This document shows, piece after piece, positions 41,358-50,756 of a stretch of DNA of 64,000 bases. This DNA is from an uncultured Holophagales bacterium. GTDB lineage: Bacteria > Acidobacteriota > Thermoanaerobaculia > Multivoradales > UBA5704. The position numbers and the translations under genes are program-made. The DNA is taken from assembly GCA_963842525.1 (NCBI GenBank), contig CAWJGT010000003.1:64001-128000 (forward strand), written 5' to 3'. The stretch's first letter is position 1, and each line of letters begins with the position of its first letter. The notes under the pieces are model-generated. The model ran no database searches, was not told where the DNA came from, and saw nothing but the letters and a program-made list of their open reading frames with translations.

Positions 41358-43779
41358 ATGACCGTCGCCGAGATCTTCGAGACGATGGAGTACGGTCCCG
41401 CGCCGGAGAGCGCCGATCCGGCCCAGGCCTGGCTGGAGGCGCGGGACCGCGAGATCCTGCCCTTCATCGCGGGCGAATTCCGCCGGCCGGCCGCGGGCGA
41501 GCTATTCGAGACCATGAACCCGGGCACGGGCAAACCGCTCGCAAGGATCGCCCAGTGCGACGCGCCCGAGGTGGACGCCGCGGTCGAGGCGGCGCGGGCG
41601 GCCCAGCCGGGGTGGTGGGAGCTGGGCGGCCACGGGCGCGCCCGCTACCTCTACGCCATCGCAAGGCACGTGCAGAAGAATTCGCGCCTGCTCGCCGTGC
41701 TGGAGACCCTGGACAACGGCAAGCCGATCCGCGAGACCCGCGACCTCGACGTGCCGCTGGTGGCCCGCCACTTCTACCACCACGCCGGCTGGGCCCAGCT
41801 CATGGACCGGGAGCTTCCCGGCTACGTGCCGGTCGGCGTGGCCGGGCAGATCATCCCCTGGAACTTCCCCCTGCTCATGCTGGCCTGGAAGATCGCGCCG
41901 GCGCTCGCCATGGGCAACACGGTGGTGCTCAAGCCGGCCGAGTTCACGCCGCTCACCGCCGCCGCCTTCGCCGGGATCTGCCAGGACGTGGGGTTGCCAC
42001 CCGGCGTGGTCAACATCCTTCAGGGCGACGGCCGCACGGGCGAGCTGATCGTCCGCCATTCCGGCATCGACAAGATCGCCTTCACCGGCTCGACGGACGT
42101 CGGCCGCCTGATCCGCGAGGCCACGGCCGGCACGGGCAAGCGGCTCTCGCTGGAGCTGGGTGGCAAATCCCCCTTCGTGGTCTTCGACGATGCGGACCTG
42201 GACGGTGCGGTCGAGGGGGTGGTGGACGCCATCTGGTTCAACCAGGGGGAGGTCTGCTGCGCCGGCTCCCGCCTGCTGGTCCACGAAGGCGTGGCCGAGG
42301 CCCTTTACTCCAAGCTGCGGGCGCGGATGGAGACCCTGCGCGTCGGCGATCCGCGCGACAAGGCGATCGACATCGGCGCCATCATCGCGCCGGTGCAGCT
42401 CGAGCGCATCGACCGCCTTGTCAAGCAGGGGGTGGAGGAAGGCGCGAAGATGTGGCAGCCGTCCTGGAGCTGCCCGCGGGACGGCTGGTTCTATCCGCCG
42501 ACCCTGTTCACCGGGGTGTCGCCGTCGGCGACCATCGCCCAGGTCGAGATCTTCGGTCCGGTCCTGGTGGCCATGACCTTCCGCACGCCGGAGGAGGCCC
42601 TCGAGCTGGCCAACAACACCCGCTTCGGCCTGGCAGCCAGCGTCTGGACCGAGAACGTCAATCTGGCCCTCGACTTCGCCGCGAAGATCAAGGCCGGCAC
42701 GGTCTGGATCAACAGCACCAACCTCTTCGATGCGGGCTCAGGCTTCGGCGGCTACCGCGAGAGCGGCTTCGGCCGCGAAGGCGGCAAGGAAGGCCTCTGG
42801 GAGTACGTCCGCCCGGCCTGGGAGGCTGCACCGTCGCATACCGCTTCGGAGAGTCGATCCTGAGCGAAGCGAAGGATCTGGGAGGGGGACAGCCTCGGAG
42901 GATGAGGACGCCCCCGCCGGGATCTTCCCGCCCATCGACCGCACTGCCAAGATGTACGTCGGCGGCAAGCAGGTCCGTCCGGACGGTGAAGCGGTCCGCA
43001 AGGTGCTGGGGCCGGACGGCCGACTCCTCGGCGAGGTGGGGGAGGGAAACCGCAAGGACGTGCGCAACGCCGTCGAGGCGGCCCGCAAGGCGGCCCCCGG
43101 CTGGGCCACGGCCACGGCCCACCTGCGGGCCCAGATCCTCTACTACCTGGCCGAGAACCTGGGAGCCCGCGGCGACGAGATGGCCCGCCGGATCGACGCC
43201 ATGACCGGCGTGGGCCGAGAAGCTGCCCGGCGCGAGGTGGAGCTCTCCATCGAACGCCTCTTCACCTACGCCGCCTGGGCCGACAAGTACGCCGGCCGCG
43301 TCCAGGCCACGCCGCTGCGCAACTTCACCTTCGCCGTCCACGAGCCGATCGGCACCCTGGCCGTGATCTGCCCCGAGCCGTGGCCGCTCCTCGGCTTCAT
43401 CTCCACGGTGGCTCCGGCGGTCGCCATGGGCAACGCCGTCGTGGCCGTCCCCTCCGAGCGCTGGCCGCTCGCCGCGACCGACCTCTACCAGGTCCTGGAC
43501 ACCTCCGATGTCCCGGGCGGCGTCATCAACATCCTCACCGGCAGCCGCGACCTCCTCGCCGGCGTCCTGGCCGCCCACGATGACATCGACTGCCTCTGGT
43601 ACTTCGGTACTCGCGAAGGGAGCGCCGCCGTCGAGCGCGCCTCGACCGGCAACCTGAAGCGCACCTGGGTCGACTACGGCCATCCCCGCGACTGGACCGA
43701 CCCCGAGCAAGGCGAAGGCGAGGAGTACCTCCGCGAGGCGCTGCAGGTCAAGAACATCTGGTGCCCGTTCGGGGAGTAG
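41358..43779 (+). CDS. Two-domain aldehyde dehydrogenase (ALDH16-like), split by a +1 base at 42856
   Basis: IIPWNFP, FTGST, LELGGKSP, NQGEVCCAG, EIFGP; the second Rossmann-like domain lies in ORF 42730..43779 and ends KNIWCPFGE. Confidence 0.88.
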
Positions 43780-43823
43780 GGAACGGGATTGCTCTTGTGT
43801 AGCAAATCTGCTACGCTCCGCTC

Positions 43824-44078
43824 ATGAAGAAGATCGCGCAGCGGGAGCTGCGGAACAACAGCGGCGAAATCCTGCGCGAAGCAGAGGAAGGAGAGCACTT
43901 CTTGATCACCGTAGGAAGCCGCCCGGTCGCCCTGCTGTCCCCTTATCCCAAGCGCCAGTGGGTGCCGAAAGCGGATATCGTGAAGCTGCTGCGTTCCAAC
44001 AAGCCTGATCCCGACTTCTTCGAGGATGTCGCGGAGCTTGGGACTCTCGACGACCTCACGGATCCATGGGAACGCTGA
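43824..44078 (+). CDS. Phd/YefM antitoxin (VapB-like)
   Basis: IAQRELRNNSGEILRE..EGE...IT..RPVA. Confidence 0.85.
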   Translation: MKKIAQRELRNNSGEILREAEEGEHFLITVGSRPVALLSPYPKRQWVPKADIVKLLRSNKPDPDFFEDVAELGTLDDLTDPWER

Positions 44079-44470
44079 GCCGCGCAGTCCTCGATACATC
44101 CGTGGTCATCGCCCAGACCGAGGAGGACCTGGAGGAGGCGCTTCCCCGGGAAATGGCCATTTCGACCGCCACCTTGGCGGAGCTGCACTATGGTGTTCTC
44201 GTCGCCAAGGATGCAGAGACCCGGCGGGTGCGGCTCCGCCGCTTGGGGCTCATCGAGGCGATTTTCGACCCGCTGCCGTTGGATGCCCAGGTGGGGCGTG
44301 CCTTCGCGACGGTGGCGCACGTGGTGAAAGCCGCGGGCGGCCAGCCCCGTGCACGTGTCATGGATCTCTGGATCGCCGCCACGGCTCTTGCCTACAAGCT
44401 CCCTCTCTATACGCGGAATTTCGACGACTTCAAGCTTCTCCAGCGGATCATCGAGGTCCGGTCGATCTGA
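44066..44470 (+). CDS. vapC: PIN-domain toxin VapC
   Basis: VLDTSVVI, TLAELHYG, DLWIAATA, YTRNFDDF. Confidence 0.9.
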   Translation: MGTLSRAVLDTSVVIAQTEEDLEEALPREMAISTATLAELHYGVLVAKDAETRRVRLRRLGLIEAIFDPLPLDAQVGRAFATVAHVVKAAGGQPRARVMDLWIAATALAYKLPLYTRNFDDFKLLQRIIEVRSI

Positions 44471-44757
44471 GCTTTTCGCGCTGGGCTCTTATAGAAGGAA
44501 AGAGTCAGCTCCTGTAAATCGGGCCCACTCGTGCGAGCCAAAGCCCTTTTGGCTGCGGCCTGAAGAGCCCGAAGAGCAAATCTCGCTCACTTCCGCGAGC
44601 AAAAAACCTTTTCCCTCGGGCTTTGACCCTCTTGGGCTGTCAGAAGCCTTTGCCCGTCGGCAGAGGGGCTTTCCTCCCGGCGAAAGACTTGTAGATCGGA
44701 CCTGGAGTTGCCCCGGTTTCGTGGACACTTTATCCTTTGGGATAATAGGAGTGTCCG

Positions 44758-45078
44758 ATGCCCAGAACCCGTCCCCCGTACAGTCCTGAGTTCCGGCAAC
44801 AGATGGTGGAGTTGGTGCGAGCAGGTCGCACCCCGGAGGAGCTGTCGCGAGAGTTTGAGCCATCGGCTCAGGCGATCCGCAACTGGGTCCAGCAGAGCGG
44901 CGGGAACGTCGAGAGTCGTCGCGAGGCCGGCGGCCTGACGAGCGCAGAGAACGAGGAGCTGCGCCGTCTGAGGCGGGAGAACCGTCAACTGCGTGAAGAG
45001 CGGGAGATTCTGGCAAAAGCCGCGGCCTGGTTCGCTCGGGAGACCGGATCGATTCCGTCGAGGTGTTCAGATTCGTGA
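44758..45078 (+). CDS. IS3 transposase OrfA (HTH and leucine zipper)
   Basis: YSPEFRQQMVELV...IRNWV...EELRRLRRENRQL..EREIL.KAAAWF. Confidence 0.92.
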   Translation: MPRTRPPYSPEFRQQMVELVRAGRTPEELSREFEPSAQAIRNWVQQSGGNVESRREAGGLTSAENEELRRLRRENRQLREEREILAKAAAWFARETGSIPSRCSDS

Positions 45079-45920
45079 GCGCCAACCAGGCGAAGTACCC
45101 GGTGCGCCGGCTGTGCCGTCTGCTGGGAGTCTCCCCCAGCGGGTACTACGCGTGGTCGCGTCGATCGATCTCGCAGCATGCACGGTCCGACGCGGAGCTT
45201 GTGGCGCGGATCAGAGCCATCCACGAGCGTTCGCGGGGGACGTACGGGTCGCCGCGGATCCACGCAGAGCTGCGCGCTTGCGGTGTGCTGGTGAGCCGCA
45301 AGCGGGTGGCTCGGCTGATGCGCGAGGCGGGGTTGCGGGGAGCCAGTCGTCGTCGCCCGATCACCACGACGGTGCGGGATGCGAAGAGCCGTCCGGCCCC
45401 GGACCTGGTGAAGAGGGACTTCGCGGCCGGCGGTCGCGATCGGCTCTGGGTGGCCGACATCACCTACATTCCGACCGGGTCGGGGTTCCTGTACCTGGCG
45501 GTGGTGGTGGATGCCTGGAGCCGTCGTGTGGTGGGCTGGTCGATGGCCACGCATCTGCGGACAGAACTGGTTTTGGAGGCGCTGAACATGGCCTTGGGGC
45601 AACGCCGGCCGCAGGGAGTGATCCATCACTCCGACCAGGGGAGCCAGTACACCTCCATCGCCTTCGGCCAGCGCTGCCGTGAGGCCGGCGTGCGGCCGTC
45701 AATGGGGTCCGTGGGTGACTGTTTCGACAACGCGCTGTGTGAGAGCTTTTTCGCCACCCTGGAGTGCGAGCTCTTGGAGCGCCGTCGGTTCGGCACGCAG
45801 GTGGAGGCCCGCCTGGCCGTCTTCGAGTTCCTCGAGGGCTGGTACAACCCGCATCGTCGTCATTCGGGCCTGGGCTACCTGAGCCCAGTGGAGTTCGAAC
45901 GACGCGGGGAGGCGGCGTAA
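45063..45920 (+). CDS. IS3 transposase OrfB (DDE integrase core)
   Basis: YGSPRI, WVADITY, HSDQGSQY, DNALCESFF, YNPHRRHS. Confidence 0.95.
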   Translation: MFRFVSANQAKYPVRRLCRLLGVSPSGYYAWSRRSISQHARSDAELVARIRAIHERSRGTYGSPRIHAELRACGVLVSRKRVARLMREAGLRGASRRRPITTTVRDAKSRPAPDLVKRDFAAGGRDRLWVADITYIPTGSGFLYLAVVVDAWSRRVVGWSMATHLRTELVLEALNMALGQRRPQGVIHHSDQGSQYTSIAFGQRCREAGVRPSMGSVGDCFDNALCESFFATLECELLERRRFGTQVEARLAVFEFLEGWYNPHRRHSGLGYLSPVEFERRGEAA

Positions 45921-46199
45921 CGTGACGCCAAACCGCGGCCCGCTACGCGTTTCCGTAGGACCTTGGTGCTGGGGGGCTCTGCCCCCCAGGCCCCCCGAAG
46001 AACGAGTTGAGAACCCAAGCCCTAAACCGTCCACCAAACCGGGGCAGGTCCAACCAGAGGCTCTCAGGCGCGAGCCATTAGGCTTTTGCAGCAGGGTCAA
46101 GGGCTCTTCCGGCTGTCATTGACCTTTTCCCCGGTCCAAAGACTCAATGCTGGGAGCAAAAGATCTTTAGGCAAGGCCATCTGGTGGCAACTCGGGAAG

Positions 46200-46427
46200 T
46201 CAACGCTTTAGCGGCTTCCTATATGCCGCCGAGCGGCCGGAGAGGGGCGGGGGCGTGCCGGACAGGTGTATTTGGGCTCGCGCCTTGGCGAGACGCATGA
46301 TGTGCTCGAGCTGCAGGTAGTGCTCGAGCTCAGAACGCTCCTCGGCGGAGAGGCTTCCTGCCTTCTCCCGGGCGACAAGGTTGGCTACGCGGGCCTTGGC
46401 TTCCTCGGAGGCCCGGTGAATCTCCAT
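46200..46427 (-). CDS. Small hypothetical protein (antitoxin-like helical)
   Basis: RASEEAKARVANLVAREKAGSLSAEERSELEHYLQLEHIMRLAKARA looks protein-like; partner gene not evident. Confidence 0.5.
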   Translation of the reverse strand: MEIHRASEEAKARVANLVAREKAGSLSAEERSELEHYLQLEHIMRLAKARAQIHLSGTPPPLSGRSAAYRKPLKR

Positions 46428-46475
46428 GGCTCGCACTCTACACCAGACGCGGCCCTGCGACCTCGCCGGCGCGCC

Positions 46476-46805
46476 TTACCGGCTGTGCTTGTAGACCAGC
46501 TCGATGAGCTCGTCGTACATGGATTCGGCGTCGGTGCCGCCGGACCGGATGGCCTGGGTGGCGCAGTGCTTCAGGTGGTTGCGCATCAGCTCGCGGCCGA
46601 CGGCGCGGAGCGCTTCCTGGACCGAGGAGATCTGGGTCAGGATGTCGGCGCAGTAGCGCTCCTCCTCGACCATCTTCTGCAGCCCCCGGACCTGCCCTTC
46701 GATCCGGCGCAGGCGCTTCAGGTTGCTCGCCTTGAGGCCGGTATCGACGCCGGCCGCCTTGCGCTCGTGCATCGGCTCGCTCATGACGGTCTCCTCACGG
46801 GTCAC
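46476..46805 (-). CDS. csoR: CsoR-family copper-sensing repressor
   Basis: [23 protein letters not shown]. Confidence 0.9.
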   Translation of the reverse strand: MTREETVMSEPMHERKAAGVDTGLKASNLKRLRRIEGQVRGLQKMVEEERYCADILTQISSVQEALRAVGRELMRNHLKHCATQAIRSGGTDAESMYDELIELVYKHSR

Positions 46806-49183
46806 GCCAGCCGCGCGCGGCGGAGACGGAGGCTGTTGGCGACGACGCTCACCGAGCTGAATGCCATCGCGGCGCTCGCCAGGATCGGCGACAGCAGGAG
46901 GCGGAGCACAGGATAGAGCACGCCGGCCGCCACCGGAATGCCGATGACGTTGTAGACGAAGGCCCAGAAGAGATTCTGCTTCATGATCCGCATCGTCCGC
47001 CGGGAGAGAGCGATCGCCGTGGCCACGCCACGCAGGTCGCCTCGCATCACCGTCACGTCGCCGGCCTCGACGGCGATGTCGGTGCCGGTGCCCATGGCGA
47101 TGCCGACGTCCGCCTGGGCGAGCGCCGGGGCGTCATTAATCCCGTCGCCCACCATGGCGACCACCGCACCTTCCTGCTGGAGCCGCCGGATTTCTTCCAC
47201 TTTGCCCTCGGGGAGGACGCCCGCCACGACCCGCTCGATCCCCACCTGCCGGGCCACCGCCTCGGCCGTGCGCCGGTTGTCGCCCGTGAGCATCACGACC
47301 TGGAGGCCCATACGCCGCAGGTTGTCGACGGCCTCGCGCGCAGTCGCCTTGATGGGATCGGCCACGGCCAGGAGACCGGCCAGCGCGCCGTCGATCGCCA
47401 CGTAGATCGCCGTCTTCCCGTCGCCGGCCAGGCGCTCGGCCTCGGCCCGGAGCGGGTCGACCTTGATGGCGTAATCCGCCAGCAGCGCCTCGTTGCCCAC
47501 GGCGAGTGCATGGCCGTCCACGACGCCGACGGCGCCGCGGCCGGTCATCGACTGGAAGCCGTCGGTGGAGCTCAGGGCCAGGGACTTCTCGCGGGCGTGG
47601 CGCACGATGGCGTCGGCCAGCGGGTGCTCGGACGACGCCTCCAGCGAAGCGACCAGGCGGAGCATCTCGTCAACCGGCAGCTCGGCCCCCGGGGGCGTCA
47701 CGACGTCGGTCACCGCCGGCTGCCCCTCGGTGATCGTGCCGGTTTTGTCGAGGACCACATGGGTGACCTCGCCGGCACGCTGGAGGACCTCGCCTCCCTT
47801 GAACAGGATGCCGGCCTCGGCCCCTTTGCCGGTCGCCACCAGGACGGCGGTCGGCACGGCGAGGCCCATGGCGCAGGGGCAGGCGATGATGAGGACGGCG
47901 ACCGAAGCCGCGAAGGCGCGCACCGCAGCCGGCGGGCCGTCCCCGGCCACGAACCAGACCACGAAGGTGGCGATGGCGATCGAGAGCACGACCGGCACGA
48001 AAACGGCGCTGATGCGATCGGCCAGCCGCTGGATCGGGGCCCGCGAGCCCTGGGCGTCGCGCAGGAGCTGGACGATCCGCGCCAGCACGCTGTCGGCTCC
48101 GATGGTGGTCGCCCTGTAGCGGAAGGCGCCGGTCTTATTGATGGTGGCGCCGATCACCCGGTCCCCAGGCCCTTTCGCGACCGGCATGGACTCGCCGGTC
48201 AGCATGGACTCGTCGACCGCACTCGTGCCGGAGAGGATGTCTCCATCGACCGGGACGCGCTCGCCGGGGCGGACCACCACGATGTCGCCGCGATGGACCT
48301 CCTCGACCGGGACGTCAACCTCCTGGCCGTCGCGGAGCACCCGCGCGGTCTTCGGCTGCAGCGAGACGAGCGACCGCAGGGCCGCCGAGGTACGGCTCTT
48401 GGCCCGCGCCTCCAGTGCGTTACCGGTCAGGATCAGGGCGATGATGATGACCACCGCCTCGTAGTAGACGTCCGGCGCCAGGCCGTTGCGCAGGAAGAAG
48501 CCGGGGGCGACGGTGGCGACCACGGAGTAGAGGAAGGCCGCGCCTGTGCCGACGGCGATCAGGGTGTTCATGTCCGCGGCGTGGTGGCGGAAGCTCGTCC
48601 AGGCCCGGGCGTAGAAGTGCCGCCCGGCCCAGCCCATGACCCACAGGGTGAGGGCCAGCAGCGTATAGGAGAGGACGCCAGGGTCGATCCGGTAGAGCCA
48701 GGGGAAGATGCGCTCCAGGGCCGGGCTCATCGACTCCATGGCCCAGCGCATGAACGGATCGGCGACCGTGCCGTGGGCTGCATGCGCTCCTGCCACCATC
48801 AGAGGCATCGAGAGGAGCATGGCGCCGGCGCCGGCCGCGCCGCTCACCACGGCTTTGCGCCGCAGCGCGCGGTACTCCTCGTCCTGGGCGCGGTCCCGCG
48901 CCTCCTGCTCCTCGAAGGCGGTGCGCTCCGGCCGCGGCATCTCAGCGCCGTAGCCGGTCTCGCGGATCGCCTCCACCAGAGCCTCGGGTGTCGTGGCCGC
49001 CGGGTCGTAGGTGACCGCGGCGTTCCCCGTCATCAGGTTGACCGCCGCCTCCTGGACGCCGGGCGTGCGCTCCAGGGTCTTCTGGATGGTCCCCTGGCAG
49101 CCGGCGCAGGTCATGCCGCTGACCGGGATCGTGACCCGGGCCCCGGCCCTGGGCTTCTGCTCGTGCAGCGTTGCCGTTGCCAT
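46802..49183 (-). CDS. copA: Cu(I)-translocating P1B-type ATPase
   Basis: [31 protein letters not shown]. Confidence 0.95.
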   Translation of the reverse strand: MATATLHEQKPRAGARVTIPVSGMTCAGCQGTIQKTLERTPGVQEAAVNLMTGNAAVTYDPAATTPEALVEAIRETGYGAEMPRPERTAFEEQEARDRAQDEEYRALRRKAVVSGAAGAGAMLLSMPLMVAGAHAAHGTVADPFMRWAMESMSPALERIFPWLYRIDPGVLSYTLLALTLWVMGWAGRHFYARAWTSFRHHAADMNTLIAVGTGAAFLYSVVATVAPGFFLRNGLAPDVYYEAVVIIIALILTGNALEARAKSRTSAALRSLVSLQPKTARVLRDGQEVDVPVEEVHRGDIVVVRPGERVPVDGDILSGTSAVDESMLTGESMPVAKGPGDRVIGATINKTGAFRYRATTIGADSVLARIVQLLRDAQGSRAPIQRLADRISAVFVPVVLSIAIATFVVWFVAGDGPPAAVRAFAASVAVLIIACPCAMGLAVPTAVLVATGKGAEAGILFKGGEVLQRAGEVTHVVLDKTGTITEGQPAVTDVVTPPGAELPVDEMLRLVASLEASSEHPLADAIVRHAREKSLALSSTDGFQSMTGRGAVGVVDGHALAVGNEALLADYAIKVDPLRAEAERLAGDGKTAIYVAIDGALAGLLAVADPIKATAREAVDNLRRMGLQVVMLTGDNRRTAEAVARQVGIERVVAGVLPEGKVEEIRRLQQEGAVVAMVGDGINDAPALAQADVGIAMGTGTDIAVEAGDVTVMRGDLRGVATAIALSRRTMRIMKQNLFWAFVYNVIGIPVAAGVLYPVLRLLLSPILASAAMAFSSVSVVANSLRLRRARLA

Positions 49184-49193
49184 GACGTCTCCC

Positions 49194-49574
49194 TCAATCT
49201 TCGACGATGAGCCGGCCGCGCAGCATGCTCATCCCGCAGGTGAAATCGAAGCTCCCCGACCGGTCCGGTGTCAGATCGACGGCCGTCTTCTGGAAGGCGG
49301 GGAGGAACTTGCGGATGCCGAAGTCGGGCAGGACGACCTCCTCGGAGCAGCCCGAGGTCTCCTGCCGGTCGAAGACCAGGCGGACCGGCAGGCCCCGCTT
49401 CACCCGCACCTCGGCCGGCTCGTAGCCACCCTGGACGGTGATGGCCACCTCCTGCCGCCCCTCGGCGCCGGCCACGGCGGACGCGCTTCCGCGCCTGGCC
49501 AGGAAGAAATACCAGTTGACCCAGGCGATGGCCGCCATGCCGGCAGCGACGATCAACCAGTCTGTTGTGCTCAT
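49194..49574 (-). CDS. Cupredoxin-domain (CupA-like) membrane protein
   Basis: N-terminal TM, GGYEP, GCSEEV, FTCGMSM. Confidence 0.85.
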   Translation of the reverse strand: MSTTDWLIVAAGMAAIAWVNWYFFLARRGSASAVAGAEGRQEVAITVQGGYEPAEVRVKRGLPVRLVFDRQETSGCSEEVVLPDFGIRKFLPAFQKTAVDLTPDRSGSFDFTCGMSMLRGRLIVED

Positions 49575-49599
49575 ACGACCCCCCTCATCGCGCAGAACC

Positions 49600-49629
49600 A
49601 GCATACCCCCCTCCCCTATTCCTGAGCAA
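49600..49629 (-). promoter_or_regulatory. Promoter (TTGCTC-N18-TATGCT) with a G-tract CsoR-operator-like sequence
   Basis: ATAGGGGAGGGGGGTAT between the hexamers, upstream of the cupredoxin-copA-csoR operon. Confidence 0.55.
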
Positions 49630-49676
49630 GGTTGCGAGTCTGGGAGGGGGATGAAGAGGGGACCGGAGGTGAGGCC

Positions 49677-50651
49677 CTACCGCGCCAGCACCCGCGCCAG
49701 CTCGAAGAGGCTGGTGTCGAGCGGCTTCCGGGTCGACACGACCTCGGCGAGCGGAGTGGTCGCGATCGCGCCCCGAAGCTGACCGACCAGAATCCCGTGC
49801 TCCCCGCGGGCGAGGCATTGCGTCGCCGCGGCGCCCAGCCGCGTGGCGAGCAGCCGGTCGTAGGCACCGGGGTTGCCGCCGCGCTGGACGTGGCCGAGGA
49901 TGGTGGCCCGGAGCTGGTCGAAGCCGAGCCGCTCGCGATGTTCCTTGAAGTGCTCGATCAGCCGCGCTGCGTTGTATTTCGACCCTTCGGCGACGACCAC
50001 CACGGCGTGCGCCTTGCCGCGCTCATAGGCCAGGCGCAGCTCGGCTGCCAGAGCGTCGGGGTCGGTCTCGATCTCCGGGATCACCACCGCTTCGGCGCCG
50101 CCGGCGATCGCCGCCATCAGGGCCAGGTAGCCGCAGTCACGTCCCATGACTTCGACCAGGAAGGCCCGCTGGTGCGACGAGGCCGTCACCTTCAGGCGGT
50201 CGATCGACTCCAGGGCGATGTTCAAGGCGGTATCGACCCCGATCGTCACCTCCGAGCCGTAGAGGTCGTTGTCGATCGTCGAGGCGACCCCCACGACCGG
50301 GAAGCCCCGCTGCGCGAGAGCATGGGCGCCGCACTGCGAGCCGTTGCCGCCGATCACCACCAGGCCGTCGACGCCGGCCCGGACCAGCTCGCGCACCGCC
50401 TTGGACTGCCCCTCCTCGTCGCGGAATTCGTGACAGCGGGCGCTGCCCAGACAGGTGCCACCGAGCTGCAGGATGCCGCCGACGTCGCGGGCCCGCATCT
50501 CCTGGAAGTCGCCGATGAGCAGCCCGGCGAAGCCGCGCCGCACGCCCAGCATCTCCCAGCCCTCGCCGAGGCCGGTGCGCACCACCGCCCGGATGGCGGC
50601 GTTCATGCCGGGGGCGTCTCCCCCGCTGGTCAGCACGGCGATCCTCTTCAT
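49677..50651 (-). CDS. pfkA: ATP-dependent 6-phosphofructokinase
   Basis: LTSGGDAPGMNAAIR, TIDND, VEVMGR, LGHVQRGG. Confidence 0.95.
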   Translation of the reverse strand: MKRIAVLTSGGDAPGMNAAIRAVVRTGLGEGWEMLGVRRGFAGLLIGDFQEMRARDVGGILQLGGTCLGSARCHEFRDEEGQSKAVRELVRAGVDGLVVIGGNGSQCGAHALAQRGFPVVGVASTIDNDLYGSEVTIGVDTALNIALESIDRLKVTASSHQRAFLVEVMGRDCGYLALMAAIAGGAEAVVIPEIETDPDALAAELRLAYERGKAHAVVVVAEGSKYNAARLIEHFKEHRERLGFDQLRATILGHVQRGGNPGAYDRLLATRLGAAATQCLARGEHGILVGQLRGAIATTPLAEVVSTRKPLDTSLFELARVLAR

Positions 50652-50756
50652 GCGCGCTCCTCGTGCGGACGAGACTCTATCGCAGGCGTGCTATAGTCCC
50701 GCTTTCTAGCCGAACAGTCGGGGAGCTCTCTCTGCGTTCGGGATCTCAGGCGGGTC

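Larger units (their letters stand above)
44703..46052 (+). mobile_element. IS3-family insertion sequence, complete
   Basis: Terminal IRs TGGAGTTGCCCCGGTTTCGTGGAC / GTCCACCAAACCGGGGCAGGTCCA (TG...CA); 3-bp target duplication ACC at 44700-44702 and 46053-46055. Confidence 0.95.

Noticed and set aside
44471-46200. Gene interrupted by IS3 (e.g. HNH nuclease)
   Set aside because: Rejoining the flanks gave no recognisable protein in the frames I examined.
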